64,000 bases of DNA from Candidatus Marinacidobacterales bacterium (GCA_965226495.1 OZ245365.1:4544001-4608000), one strand, 5' to 3'; shown: positions 27,604 to 38,815, counted from the stretch's first letter. The notes: generated by a model from the letters alone, not told the origin. A program made the numbers and translations.

Positions 27604-29441
27604 GGACGTGAGAAAAAATTGGGCTTTACTCACGTTGCAGCTATGTTGCAAGATTGCGGTCATGGGATACGTGACGAATCGTAGGAGGAAGTGGGGTAAG
27701 CGTGGGCGATAAGCAAGCGTCGTTGCCGGGCTTGCCCGTGCCTGGCGATGGTGGTGACGGCGATGAGTGCGAGCGGGCGGGAGAGGCTCGGTTGAAGGTG
27801 GTCGATCGCACGCAGATGCTGCTGCGGACGGTCGACGTGGAGCGGTTGATCCCCAGGGATCACCCAGCGCGTGCGATCTGGGAGTTCGTGGGGCAGCTGG
27901 ATCTTAGTCGCTATAGGGAGCAGGTCCGCTCGGTCGCCGGTGCCGCAGGCCGGCCTGCGTTTGACCCGCAGCTTCTGGTGAGCCTTTGGGTCTACAGCTA
28001 CAGCCGGGGAGAGAGTTCGGCCCGCGCGATTGAGCGACTGTGCGAGCATGAGCCGGGGTATCAATGGCTGACGGGGATGGAAGGCATCAGTGCGCACACG
28101 CTGTCGGACTTTCGGGTCGCGCATGCGGACGCCTTGCACGAGTTGTTTGTGCAAACGTTAGGGCTGCTGAGTGCGGAAGGATTGATCCCACTCGAGCGGG
28201 TCATGCAGGATGGGACGAAGGTGCGCGCGAACGCATCGTCGAATAGATTTCGCCGTAAGCCTCGAGTCGAGGCGTATCTGGAGCAGGCGCGTGAGGCGGT
28301 CGAGGCCCTCGAGGCACAGACGGAGGAGGAATCGAGCCGGCAGATGCAGGCAGCGCAGCAACGCGCCAAGCGTGAGAGACGCCAGCGGCTAGAATCAGCG
28401 TTGAAGGAATTCGACAAGCTGAAAGCGGCGAAAAGCCGCATGGAGCGCGTGAGCACGACCGACCCCGACGCGCGGGTGATGAAGCAAGCCGAGGGCGGTT
28501 CCGCGCCCAGCTACAACGTCCAGATCTTAACGGATGCCGCGCACGGCTTGATTGTCGACATCGATGCCACGCAGGCCGGCAGCGATTATCAGCAGCTGAC
28601 GCCGGCGATGGAACGGATCGAACAGACGCTGCAGCGCACGCCCGATCAGGTGGTCGTAGATGGGGGCTACATCAGTAGCCACAACATCGTGGAGATGGCG
28701 AAGCGCGGCATCGACCTCGTCGGCCCTGAGCCCCGGGGCAAGTCGGCAGAGGCCAATCGGCGCAAGTCCTATCAGCGCTACGGCATTATTTCGGCTTTCG
28801 AAGCATCGAGCTTTGTGCACGATGAGGCGAGCAACACGTACGTATGCCCGCAGGGCAAGCGTTTACGCTACGACGCAAAGTTCGAACGCGATGGCATGAT
28901 GCGCTATCGATACAAGGCCTCGGCGAAAGATTGCGACACGTGCTCGGTCAAGGAGTTCTGCTGTCCTCGCGCGTCGAGCGGTCGGTCGATCGAAAGGCTC
29001 GAACCCTTGCCGGAGATAGCCGCATTCCGGCAGAAGATGCAGACCGACGAAGCCAAGGCCATCTATAAGACACGCTCGCAGGTGGCCGAGTTTCCGAATC
29101 TTTGGATCAAAGCCAAGTTCGGCCTGCGGCAGTTTAGCGTGCGCGGAATCGCCAAAGTGCGCACCGAATCTCTCTGGGCCGCCCTCACCTACGATATCCA
29201 GCAGTGGATTCGCCTCCGATGGAGGCCGAACTTGGTATCGGAGCCCGTGCCGGCGTGAGCGCCACCCGACCGGCGATTGTGCACACGCAGCCGGGCGAGT
29301 TTCAGCGTGTCAGAAGGCATCATCGAAACTCCAGCGCCGATAACGGCGTGAATCCGCGGGATGCCGGCCCGATCGCCGTGATCGTCAGAACTGTGGACCA
29401 ACCATCCCCATCTCCCCGCAATCCGAATTTTTCTCACGTCC
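27604..29441 (+). mobile_element. IS1182-family insertion sequence
   Basis: TIRs GGACGTGAGAAAAAATTGGG / CCGAATTTTTCTCACGTCC; flanking duplication CAA (or CCAAG if the ends are set one base inward). Confidence 0.9.
27702..29258 (+). CDS. IS1182-family transposase
   Basis: LIPRDHPAR, GRPAFDP, SARAIERLC, TLSDFR, QDGTKVRANAS, STTDPDARVMK, DGGY, YKTRSQVAE. Confidence 0.95.
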   Translation: MGDKQASLPGLPVPGDGGDGDECERAGEARLKVVDRTQMLLRTVDVERLIPRDHPARAIWEFVGQLDLSRYREQVRSVAGAAGRPAFDPQLLVSLWVYSYSRGESSARAIERLCEHEPGYQWLTGMEGISAHTLSDFRVAHADALHELFVQTLGLLSAEGLIPLERVMQDGTKVRANASSNRFRRKPRVEAYLEQAREAVEALEAQTEEESSRQMQAAQQRAKRERRQRLESALKEFDKLKAAKSRMERVSTTDPDARVMKQAEGGSAPSYNVQILTDAAHGLIVDIDATQAGSDYQQLTPAMERIEQTLQRTPDQVVVDGGYISSHNIVEMAKRGIDLVGPEPRGKSAEANRRKSYQRYGIISAFEASSFVHDEASNTYVCPQGKRLRYDAKFERDGMMRYRYKASAKDCDTCSVKEFCCPRASSGRSIERLEPLPEIAAFRQKMQTDEAKAIYKTRSQVAEFPNLWIKAKFGLRQFSVRGIAKVRTESLWAALTYDIQQWIRLRWRPNLVSEPVPA

Positions 29442-29461
29442 CAAGCAGGTGGACTCGAGTA

Positions 29462-32146
29462 CTAGTTGGTGGGGACGAGCCGCTTGAGCTCCTCGAACCA
29501 GTTCAATACGACGTTGATCTGTGTGGCACCGCCCGTTTGCGACTCGACTGGCTCCAGCATCAGGAACCGCTGACCGTCCGGACTGACATCGTAAAATGGA
29601 TAGCTGAAACCGGTTGGCAAATACGGTCCTTCAAAAAGCATCTGAGGCTTTCCCGGCCTAAAGCCGGATTCCATGTCGATTGGCACAGCCATCATGCTAA
29701 TCCCACTGCGGTAAAACAATTCTCCTCCTTCGGGGTTCCAGACCGGCTCCTGGCCTCCATTCGTCGAAATCTGCCACTTCCCGCCGGGGCCGGGATACGG
29801 CTGCGCGTAAACCTCTCTCCGGCCCGACTCGTCCGAGGAATAGGCGATCCATTTCCCGTCCGGCGAAAACTTCGGTGCAGTTTCTTCGTAGCGGGTCGAA
29901 AGGAACGGGTGCGCCTCCCGATCCGCCAGATTCAGTACCCAGATGTCGCGCGCAGTCTCCGGGTTGGATACGGTAAACGCCAGCAGTTGCCCGTCCGGGG
30001 AAAACGACGCCGGGGGAGTTTGACGATCATTCGTCGTCAGCCGTTCCGTGCCACCGCTACCATCGGCCATTTGCCAGAACATGTTGAGTGGGCCTTCACG
30101 GCTTGAAAGGAACGCGATCCGCCTCGCGTCGGGCGACCAGGCGGGAACGTTGTTGTTAGGTCCCTCAAAAGTCAGTCGGGTAAGGGCGTCTCGGAAAACG
30201 TCGTAAACCCAAACATGAATCTCACCCCTCTCTGCGATTCCGACGGCTACACGCTGGCCGTCGGGAGAGACCTGGGGGTACTCGTACTGCCGAGGGGGCG
30301 CGGACAAGGATTCAGCCACACCCTGGCGATCCACCCAAACCAGAGTGCTCGTTAATCTCTCCACAGTGCCGGGAACGTAGGCGAGTGTCCCCGTTCGGGA
30401 GACGGCAAACTGCGCACCGCCACGGCGTGTACCGGGAGAGCGAATACCTTCTATGACAGGCACCGGAGAGCCAGAGATTTCCAGCCGACCGGGATCAAAT
30501 GGAACGGCCATCAAGGTTCCCGCCTGGTAATAGACCAGATGCCCCGTGGAAAGGTAATGGGGGAAGGTGCCGCCTTGCACGAGGACCTTGCGCTCACCCG
30601 TATCGAGACGCTGAGTCATGATCGCCTGAGCCATGCTCGCGGCTCTCAACCCGAAGAGCATCGCTTGCCCTCCGGGCAGAATCTGCGGCCAGAAAGGAAT
30701 GCCATGGGCCCTCGCATCCGAGGACGTGAGGACCTCGGGCGTCCCACCGTCTGCCGATATCCGATGGAGGTCCTCAGCACTGAACGCGCCAAAGATGATT
30801 CTGTCATCGGCTCCCCAAGTTGCCCCCTGGGGACGCTCACTCGTCGACGTGATCGTCACGACTTCTCTGCCGGTGAGCGAAACCTTCTTCAGTTCTCCTC
30901 CCGCATGAAAGCCCACCCACCGCCCGTCGGGGGAAAAAAATGGGCTGTCGCCACCTTCAGTACCCAAAAGGGCCTCGTCTTCGAGGCGATTCATGGAACG
31001 TACGTAGAGTTGCGGTGGATCGTTTCCCTTTTGCGCCGAGTACACCATGTGGGAACCATCCGGTGAAAGAGCCAGGGGCGCCATGGTGGTCGGCGGAATG
31101 ACTTCGTCAGCTTGCAAGGCGACCACCATGCGCGTCACCGGCAGGGACGGTACGGGCCGCAGATTCCATCCGGCAACGCTCGCAATGATGGCTCCGACTC
31201 CAAGGCCGAGGGCCAACGGAATCGCACCTCGCCAGCTGGTACGGGAAAAGACCCCTGCAGCGTCTGTTGCCACGCCTACTTCTGACCCACCGTCGGCAAT
31301 CCACCTCAATTCGTCATGCAAGTCCTTCGCGGATTGCCATCTGTCCTCTTGCGCTTTCGCCAGGCATTTCTTCACCACGCGGTCCAGAGCCGGGGGCGTC
31401 ATCGTCTTAACTTCAGTCATCGGTTGCGGCTCGGAGTTCATGATCGCGCCGATCAAACTGGCCTGACTCGTCCCTTCAAATGCCTTCTTCCCCGTGGCCA
31501 TCTCATAGACCACGGCACCAAAGGCGAAGAGGTCCGTCCTCGCATCGGCCTCTTTGCCTTCCAACTGCTCGGGAGCCATGTACTGGAACGTTCCGAGGAT
31601 CGAACCCTCCTGAGTGAGAGGTTTCGCCTCCGTGAGCAAGGCCGATACGCCATCGGCATTCGTTTCCGCCGCCGTCATCTTCGCAAGCCCAAAGTCGAGA
31701 AGCTTCGCTCCAGACTTCGTGAGCATGATGTTCCCGGGCTTCAAGTCCCGATGCACGACGCCTTGGCGATGGGCTTTGTCTAATGCGTCCGCGATTTCGA
31801 TTCCACGCTGCAGAGCCTGGTCAAGAGGGAGAGCGCCCTTCTTCAATCGGTCGGCGAGCGTGTCTCCTTCGATGTGTTCCATGACCATGAAGTCGATGCC
31901 ATTCTCGCTGCCGATGTCGTAAAGCGTGCAGATGTGTGGATGGTTGAGGCTGGAGACGGCGCGGGCTTCTCGCTCGAATCGTTCTTTGAGCCGGGCGTTA
32001 TCGGAAAGGTGAGAAGGAAGGACCTTGATGGCAACCGTGCGGTCGAGGCGAGTGTCTTTGGCCTTGTAGACTTCGCCCATTCCACCCGCGCCGAGGGGCG
32101 AGAGGATCTCGTAGGGACCTAGCTTACTTCCGGGGTTGAGTGACAT
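29462..32146 (-). CDS. Ser/Thr protein kinase with TM helix and TolB/PD40-like beta-propellers
   Basis: 894 aa; MSLNPGSKLGPYE start; intact kinase motifs; SPDG repeats. Confidence 0.96.
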   Translation of the reverse strand: MSLNPGSKLGPYEILSPLGAGGMGEVYKAKDTRLDRTVAIKVLPSHLSDNARLKERFEREARAVSSLNHPHICTLYDIGSENGIDFMVMEHIEGDTLADRLKKGALPLDQALQRGIEIADALDKAHRQGVVHRDLKPGNIMLTKSGAKLLDFGLAKMTAAETNADGVSALLTEAKPLTQEGSILGTFQYMAPEQLEGKEADARTDLFAFGAVVYEMATGKKAFEGTSQASLIGAIMNSEPQPMTEVKTMTPPALDRVVKKCLAKAQEDRWQSAKDLHDELRWIADGGSEVGVATDAAGVFSRTSWRGAIPLALGLGVGAIIASVAGWNLRPVPSLPVTRMVVALQADEVIPPTTMAPLALSPDGSHMVYSAQKGNDPPQLYVRSMNRLEDEALLGTEGGDSPFFSPDGRWVGFHAGGELKKVSLTGREVVTITSTSERPQGATWGADDRIIFGAFSAEDLHRISADGGTPEVLTSSDARAHGIPFWPQILPGGQAMLFGLRAASMAQAIMTQRLDTGERKVLVQGGTFPHYLSTGHLVYYQAGTLMAVPFDPGRLEISGSPVPVIEGIRSPGTRRGGAQFAVSRTGTLAYVPGTVERLTSTLVWVDRQGVAESLSAPPRQYEYPQVSPDGQRVAVGIAERGEIHVWVYDVFRDALTRLTFEGPNNNVPAWSPDARRIAFLSSREGPLNMFWQMADGSGGTERLTTNDRQTPPASFSPDGQLLAFTVSNPETARDIWVLNLADREAHPFLSTRYEETAPKFSPDGKWIAYSSDESGRREVYAQPYPGPGGKWQISTNGGQEPVWNPEGGELFYRSGISMMAVPIDMESGFRPGKPQMLFEGPYLPTGFSYPFYDVSPDGQRFLMLEPVESQTGGATQINVVLNWFEELKRLVPTN

Positions 32147-32164
32147 GGCCAGCCCTTCGAGCGT

Positions 32165-32195
32165 GAAGATATCCTTCCACAGGCTGAAGAGTCAA
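32165..32195 (-). promoter_or_regulatory. Repeated sigma70-like promoter module, copy 3
   Basis: gaagatatccttccacaggctgaagagtcaa, 18 bp upstream of the STK ATG. Confidence 0.7.
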
Positions 32196-32355
32196 TGGGG
32201 GACGCTTGTGGGGATTACGCTTGCCACACTGTGCGGGAATTGTGCGGGAACTGGTGACAACTCAGGGCTACTGAGAGCAAAACAGGAGGAGGGAAAGCCG
32301 CGTTTTTGTTGCTATACGTTGCTGTGAGTGGTCCTACGTGGCTCCCTCCATCCCC
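32196..32355 (+). repeat. Island right-end (arm-like) module, full copy
   Basis: ccacacTGTGCGGGAAtTGTGCGGGAActggtgacaactc...gtggtcctacgtggctc...tcccc; aligns along its length with 48774-48918. Confidence 0.85.
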
Positions 32356-32400
<45 letters not shown>

Positions 32401-32492
32401 ACTTTTTCAAAATCACCGGCTCCTCGATCTTCCGTTCGGACTTGTACACCGGACGACCCAAAAAGCGTTTCTCCACGGTGCAGTAGGCGAAC
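32401..32492 (+). repeat. Island left-end module type B, copy 1
   Basis: 92 bp, one mismatch to 43809-43900. Confidence 0.9.
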
Positions 32493-32537
32493 ATCGAACT
32501 CCGTCCGGACGGAGTGATCGGAGGCACGATCTTGTTG

Positions 32538-32592
32538 CAGCACCTTGAGAGCTACGTCGCGGCCAAGCTTGAGGGCCTTTGCTTTGTAGACA
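32538..32592 (-). pseudogene. STK N-lobe stub
   Basis: VYKAKALKLGRDVALKVL matches kinase subdomains I-II. Confidence 0.75.
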
Positions 32593-32677
32593 GGTTTAAC
32601 TCCTCGACCCAATACGGATTCAGTTGTCCCTGCACGCAAAGTTATGCGCCCTAGCCGCCCTCGACCGGGTAGTCGCG

Positions 32678-33826
32678 TTACTCTTCGGTGTTCTTCGGGA
32701 AGCTCCCGACGGGAAATGCCTTGACGTCACCGTTCGCGTGCGAGAACTCGAACTGGTTCTGGTAGAACTTCGGGTTCTTGCGCGTCCGCAGCTCCATCTC
32801 TATGACCTCGCCCGGCATGAACCGCGCTTGGTGCGTTCGCGAACTACTTCCCGCCGCGTTGCCCTGCTCGTCGTACCAGTGCTCCGCCACCGTAAACCGC
32901 CTTATCCAGTCCTTCGACACATTGCGCACCCGGATCGTGGTGATCACCTCGTCGCCTTCGACCTTTGTCTCGGGGGTGAGAATCTGAACTTTAGCGAGGC
33001 CGCTTAACTCCCGAGGCCGGTACGCTGACTTGTCCCGGGCAGCCTCCTTGCTCTCGGCGGCGGCAACCTTCGAGGGCTCGGTGGCGTCTGCCGATTCGGA
33101 GGATGGTGCACTCGCCTTGGCATGCGCGGATGCCGCGGCCCGAGCCTCCGGGGTTGTCCCCTCGATGTCGAGAATGACCCAACGCGCGAGCTCGATGCGA
33201 TCGCTCTCCGGCTCAGAGAGTCTGTACTTTCGAAGCACAGCCTTAAAGGGCAGCTCGTCGCCATCCCGGGGTTTGAGGCTGAGCAGCATTTCCGTCACCG
33301 CGACGTCTCCGTCTAGGTTCTCGACGTCCACCTGGCGCACCACCGACTTAGTGGCGATTCCGGTTTCTTTGCGTACGGCCCGTTTGAGCTTTTGAAATGT
33401 GCCTTCCTTCTCTCTGCGCTCCTCAATCAGCCTCAACCACTCCTCTTGGATCTCACCAAGCTTTCCACGGAACTTGTACTCTGAATCCTCTCGCAGCTTC
33501 GGGATGATCCGTTCGAGAGCATCCGGCTGGTCCTCGAAATACTTTTTGTTTGCCTCAATCGCGGCGTCTCGTTCCTTCGTGGCGGCCTCAAACCGGTCGA
33601 CGAGCTCCGGCAACGTGAAAGGCTCCGTTGATCGGGAGCTGACCTCGACCACCTTCCACGACTCTACCTCCACGGGAGGGCCGACGGCCGACATGGAAGC
33701 AAGCGTTGTGGGGTCGTTGGTCTGGGCGGAACGGAAGAATTGGTCTATGGTCGATTGCTCCGGACTGCCGCAGGCCCAGAGGCACGCAAGGGTCACACTC
33801 ACGATCCATTCCCTGATCTTCGTCAT
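32678..33826 (-). CDS. Hypothetical lipoprotein
   Basis: SD aaggagg before ATG 33826; lipobox LWAC; coiled coil; Ala-rich linker; C-terminal beta domain. Confidence 0.85.
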   Translation of the reverse strand: MTKIREWIVSVTLACLWACGSPEQSTIDQFFRSAQTNDPTTLASMSAVGPPVEVESWKVVEVSSRSTEPFTLPELVDRFEAATKERDAAIEANKKYFEDQPDALERIIPKLREDSEYKFRGKLGEIQEEWLRLIEERREKEGTFQKLKRAVRKETGIATKSVVRQVDVENLDGDVAVTEMLLSLKPRDGDELPFKAVLRKYRLSEPESDRIELARWVILDIEGTTPEARAAASAHAKASAPSSESADATEPSKVAAAESKEAARDKSAYRPRELSGLAKVQILTPETKVEGDEVITTIRVRNVSKDWIRRFTVAEHWYDEQGNAAGSSSRTHQARFMPGEVIEMELRTRKNPKFYQNQFEFSHANGDVKAFPVGSFPKNTEE

Positions 33827-34123
33827 CTGATCCTCCTTTCGGAAACAGACAAACTCCGCACTCCGTGCTGGCACATTATAAGTCGATGAAATCCGGCTGG
33901 TGCTGTGGGGCTCCTGGGGAGAACTCGCAGGAAGCTCCCGAGAAGCGAGGACGACTTCGACTTCCTTTCGTAGGGACGCGTGATCCAGGCACGCGCCTTC
34001 CAGAAAGACGCTTCCCTCAGAGGGAGGGTGTCCAAGCGCAGCAAAGCCAGCCTTTCCACCTGCTGACGACGTTCGGTGGCCATGGGAAAGCCTCCGACTG
34101 GTTTATGCTGGCCCAGTCAGTGT

Positions 34124-34154
34124 GAAAATAGCCCCGCACAGGCTGAAAAGTCAA
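34124..34154 (-). promoter_or_regulatory. Repeated sigma70-like promoter module, copy 4
   Basis: gaaaatagccccgcacaggctgaaaagtcaa. Confidence 0.7.
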
Positions 34155-34333
34155 AAGGGTTAGTGCTGACTGTACTGGCAGTATCTAGGTGGCTCCTTAG
34201 GCTTGGCACTAAGGGACATCAACGGAGTCCCAGTCAAACTTGGGAACAGAACCGCCCAAATACCCCATAAAACCGTGGAAGAAGAGAAAGGGAAAGGCTA
34301 GACGAGCGAATAAGATACAAGACCTACGGTTAA

Positions 34334-34378
<45 letters not shown>

Positions 34379-34550
34379 ACTTTTTCTCCAAACAGAACTG
34401 AGACTTGCAAGTGTTTCGAGGTTGGAATCCTCTGTCCGCTTTGTCACGCTTTTGTGGGAATTGTCCGCGTTTTGTCCGCGTTCCATGGACGAACGGCTCA
34501 CGACACGAATTTTCGGCAGACCGGATGGGTCGCACTTAGGCGGGCAAGGA

Positions 34551-34645
34551 CTGCACGGGAATTGTGCGGGATCTAGCGGTAGCTCAGGGCGACTGAGAGC
34601 CAAAGAGGAGGAGGGAACGCCACGTTCTTGTTGCTATACGTTTCT
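34551..34645 (+). repeat. Partial, diverged island right-end module
   Basis: ctgcacgggaattgtgcgggatc...ctcagggcgactgagagc...ggaggagggaa...ttgttgctatacgtt. Confidence 0.75.
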
Positions 34646-34653
34646 GCAGATAG

Positions 34654-34944
34654 TCATACGCGCGAGGGCACGACGGTTACCTGAAGCCGTGCAGGCCCTT
34701 CGTCGACCTGAACCTCATCGGTCTGGCGCGGCTTACCGAAGGCGAAATGCCAAATCATGCCTTCAAGATAGGCCGGGAGTTCACCCTTCACGAATCGCTC
34801 GCGGAATCGTCGCTGGTACTCTTTGTCGGTCACCAACTGGCGGCACAGAGAACGTCCCTCGACGGGGGCCGTGTTCGGGGTGCCCTTCTTCCGACCGCCG
34901 GTCTTCCGACGACCCCTCTTGAAACTCGAACTCGATTCTGGCAT
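34654..34944 (-). CDS. Small basic protein resembling phage small-terminase-like/DUF5681-type proteins
   Basis: FKRGRRKTGGRKKGTPN N-terminus and AFGKP C-terminus; SD gagggag. Confidence 0.55.
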   Translation of the reverse strand: MPESSSSFKRGRRKTGGRKKGTPNTAPVEGRSLCRQLVTDKEYQRRFRERFVKGELPAYLEGMIWHFAFGKPRQTDEVQVDEGPARLQVTVVPSRV

Positions 34945-35104
34945 CTCCCTCTACTATGCCTCTATTCTTGAGACTCCAAGCGATTCCCAAACGTACCCAC
35001 CACTACTGGTTCCGTCAAGAGGCTACGGTTGGGGAGTAGCCCCGCTCCTCCCGGCTGTATGAATTCCCTCGGTTCCCGCGCATTACCCGTACAGTCCAGG
35101 GTCG

Positions 35105-36503
35105 GGTGATGTCTTAAGATTCCTGTCAAAGAAAAACGATGTATGGTTCCCCAAGCTCAAACCCGTCCCCGTCATGGGGACAGAAAAGGAGAACCATACA
35201 TCATGGGAAAGGTACTACCGAGTCAGCGATTGCTCAAGCAGTTCGAGGAACAACTGGTATTTGGGGAGATGAATCTCTCGGAGATCGTCCGGTCGGGAGC
35301 TCAGATGATGCTTCAATATGCGTTGGAGCGCGAGGTGACGGAGGCGTTGGGTCGAAACTACTATGAGAACGCTCCGGCAACGACGAAGGAGAAGGGACGA
35401 CGCAACGGGTATGAGTCGCATCGGGTCCTCACGGGCGAGGGAGCGGTAACGGTGCAAGTGCCGCAGGTACGAGAAACAGAGAAGGTGTTTCAGTCAAAGA
35501 TTCTCGACGCCTACGTGAGCCGGACCGAGAAACTCGATGAACTGATCGCGCGGATGTACGTCCACGGGATGTCGACGCGTGACATTGAGGCGACGTTCGC
35601 GGACGTGCTGAGCGGCGCGGGTGTCTCGAAGTCGGTGGTGAGCCGGGTCACACGGTGTCTGTCGGAGGATTTCGAGGCGTTTCGAAAACGGGATCTCTCG
35701 AACGAGAAGCTGTTGTATCTCGAGCTCGACGGCACGTACCTGCGCTACCACCAAGGAGCGGAGAGGAAAGAGCCCATCCTCGTTGCGACCGGCTATCGCG
35801 CTGATGGGACGCGAGTTCTTCTTCATATCGGTGTCGGCAACCGAGAATCCTACGAGAACTGGAAGGGGTTCTTGCAGGAGATGGTGGCCCGAGGAATGAG
35901 GGAGCCGTTGCTCATCGTGACGGACGGGAATCCTGGAGTGCTCAAAGCGATCGCAGAGGTCTTCCCTCGAAGCCTCAAGCAACGTTGCCAGAAGCACCGC
36001 CTCGAGAACATCCTGGGCAAGGCTCCGAAGGAAGTGCGCGACGAACTCAAGGCGGCCATCCTTGAGTCGTTCCATGCGAACAGCTACGAGCAAGGGCTGA
36101 AGAAGGGTCGGGAGGTGATCGCTCGGTACCGTCAACGATTCCCGAGCGCGATGAAGTGCATGGAAGAGACCCTCGAAGCGTGTCTTCAGGCGCTACGCCT
36201 TCCTGCGGCGCATCACAAAAGGCTTCGCACGTCGAATCTACTTGAGCGCACGTTCGGAGAGCACAAACGTCGCACAAAGGTCATTCCTCACTTCTTCACC
36301 GAGGAGGCCGCGATGAAACTCTCGTTCGCTGTGCTCTTGGCCGTCGCAAACAAATGGCGCGGCGTGAGGATGGATGTCTTCGCCGCTAGGAAAGTCGAGG
36401 AGCTTCGCAACGAGCTTCTCCCGCAAGGCACGTCGGAGGAATCAGCAGCTTAACCGAGCGCGGGGAACCGTACGGAGATTTGACAGGAAAATTAGACTTG
36501 ACC
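35105..36503 (+). mobile_element. IS256-family insertion sequence
   Basis: Imperfect TIRs GGTGATGTC..TTCCTGTCAAA / TTTGACAGGAA..GACTTGACC; 8-bp TSD CAGGGTCG at 35097-35104 and 36504-36511. Confidence 0.93.
35203..36453 (+). CDS. IS256-family transposase
   Basis: RNGY, MYVHGMSTRDI, LDGTY, TDGNPG, QRCQKH, RTSNLLER. Confidence 0.95.
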   Translation: MGKVLPSQRLLKQFEEQLVFGEMNLSEIVRSGAQMMLQYALEREVTEALGRNYYENAPATTKEKGRRNGYESHRVLTGEGAVTVQVPQVRETEKVFQSKILDAYVSRTEKLDELIARMYVHGMSTRDIEATFADVLSGAGVSKSVVSRVTRCLSEDFEAFRKRDLSNEKLLYLELDGTYLRYHQGAERKEPILVATGYRADGTRVLLHIGVGNRESYENWKGFLQEMVARGMREPLLIVTDGNPGVLKAIAEVFPRSLKQRCQKHRLENILGKAPKEVRDELKAAILESFHANSYEQGLKKGREVIARYRQRFPSAMKCMEETLEACLQALRLPAAHHKRLRTSNLLERTFGEHKRRTKVIPHFFTEEAAMKLSFAVLLAVANKWRGVRMDVFAARKVEELRNELLPQGTSEESAA

Positions 36504-36640
36504 CAGGGTCGAGTCCATGGGAATAAACATCTTACAAGGCCGCATTGATTTGTCGACCCAAAGGAATGTCAACTTCCCAGTACGTGAGAGTCCTGTGCGG
36601 GAAAGTTTGAGGGGGTTTAACAATTAACAATACTAAGCGC

Positions 36641-38381
36641 CTATTTCCCCCAATCCCCGGCGGAATCGCTGCCCGGAATATCAAATTCCAGATATTCCTC
36701 TATATCGAAGGGCATGCTGTCAACAAGGGCCCTGACCCGATCGGCAATCGCTCTGGTTTCGGGACGGGCGTTAGATAGTCCCGTGTACGGAATGCCTTTT
36801 GCGTTGGACACATCGGGATACTTCTGCTTGAACAGCTGGTGGCGAGCGACCATCTGGTTGAATTGCCCTTGGTACATGGACCCCCGGGAAGAAAGTCCAC
36901 AACTCGTTCCTCTGATTCATACCCAAGGTCGTAATAGGCCTCCGGCGTACCCGTAGCGGCTGCCTCACCAGCACCAATCCAGTGTCGCTTGTAACGGCCC
37001 TTAACCGTAGCAGCGAGTTCATGTCCGGTATAAATAAATACGAAGTCACGTCTACCGTGAGTATCGCCGTTCATAAACAGTGCGGTCTGATCGAGCCCGT
37101 CGACGACCCGGTCGGTCGGTATGTACTCGGTTGCGCCAGCTAGTCGGGCGAATGTCGTGTACAGGTCTGTCACATGTATGATGTCGCCGACCATCTGGTG
37201 TTCGTCTATCATCCCCGGCCACCATGCGAAGGCCGGAACGCGCACGCCGCCCTCGGTAAAGTCGCCCTTCCCGCCGCGATATATCATCGGCAGCATCCCC
37301 CAGCCAGGCGGCGGACTATGCACCATTGGACCATTGTCGGCCATGGCAAAGAAGAGCGTGTTCTCGGCGATGCCGAGCTTTTTGAGTTCTTCCATCAACG
37401 TCCCGACGAATGCGTCGAGCTTTGGAAAAGCGCCAGCAACTTTTAATCCGGACACCGACCGTTTCGGTCCTTCAGGGGCAAGGAAGTTTAGAAAGTTAGG
37501 CCAGTATTCAACGAAAAACGGTTTGCCCGCCTGGGCATTCTTTCCGGATGAACTCGAGGGTGCGCTTTTCGGCCTCGTCGTCAAATCTTTCGTAGCACTC
37601 GTTGGATGTCCCGCACCATTCGAGACCTTCCTCACCCTTCTTGCCTTCGATATTCATGACCCAGCCCTCGGGGATCAATCCCGGACGGTCGAGTTGATAC
37701 GGATCGGGCGGATAAATCTCCGGCGAAAAACCCAACACCGCATTTACGGCAGTGCCCTGAGGGTTATATAGGGACGTGATCTGATTCATCGGCGTGAACA
37801 ACGCCTCGTCAAAAGCCCTGGTTATGTAGGTAACTTTCCTCGATATCGCCCAAATGCGCCTTGCCGTAATGGGCGGTTGCATAACCAGCCTCCGACAATA
37901 CCTCGGCAATCGTGACCTCTTCTTCTCTGAGACCCGAGAACTCGTGCGGCATGCCAACGACACCCATGCCATGGCGTACCGGGTGTCTTCCGGTCAGGAA
38001 CGCAGCTCGCGTAGGCGTACATGCGGGCTCGGAATACATGCGCGCGAAATTAATGCCCTCTGCAGCCATCTGATTGAGGTTGGGAGTCTCGTAGCCGAAA
38101 TTCTTCTGCAGCCCCGGAAATCCGACCGCCCCGTAGGCGGTGTCATCCCAGAGCAGGTAGACAATGTTGGGCGGTTGGCCATACTGTTCGCGTAATTCAG
38201 CAAGCCTCTGGTCCAGTTCTGCATCCTCCGCCGCCCAGCGTTCGCCGTTCTGGGCCTCGAGGATGTAATACTCAGCATCGTGGACAATGTCATTCGCTTG
38301 CCCGGACGACATTCCTTGTGCGAGAAATATCATTATTATTGAAAGGGTTGCTACGCTGATTCGGCTCAATGGGTTCGGCAT
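36641..38381 (-). pseudogene. Arylsulfatase, split by several frameshifts (may be intact if these are read errors)
   Basis: PPNIVYLLWDD, CTPTR (FGly motif), YGKAHLG, ADNGP, RGGKG..EGGVRVP, spread over four consecutive ORFs. Confidence 0.85.
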
Positions 38382-38735
38382 GCTCAATCTCCTTAGTATT
38401 CAAAAGCTGCGAGTGGCGCACAAACAGATATTCAGCAGCAGAATATTACAGCCTCTCTCTCCGGAAGTCGATACCCCCAGTTTGAGAACGAACACAAGCG
38501 GAAGGTGGAGTTCAAACCACCAGCGGAGCCTCCGACTACAGAGAAAAAGAAATCTACCGAGTCGTCGCCTTGAAAGTCTTACCACTTGATGGACTTCCCG
38601 GGCGCGGAGAGACTGTCCGCGTTTTGTCCGTGAAGGTGGAACAAGACCCTACAAAACTGAACAAACAAGAATCAGGAGGAGGCCTGATCTCATTGGGTTT
38701 CTTTGTTGGTGTTTGTTCCCTATGGCTGCTTTGAA

Positions 38736-38815
38736 TGGGTACATGAACCAACCTCCCGCACGTTCCGTTTGCCACTTGGGCTCCTCCACGTGGGTGCGGC
38801 GAGGTCGTCGTGCGC
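38736..38815 (+). repeat. About 80-bp repeat, copy 1
   Basis: tgggtacatgaaccaacctcccgcacgttccgtt.gccacttg...cgtgggtgc.gcgaggtcgt; second copy at 46566-46650. Confidence 0.85.

Noticed and set aside
38400-38600. Possible ncRNA upstream of the sulfatase
   Set aside because: No recognisable family motif or convincing structure by eye.
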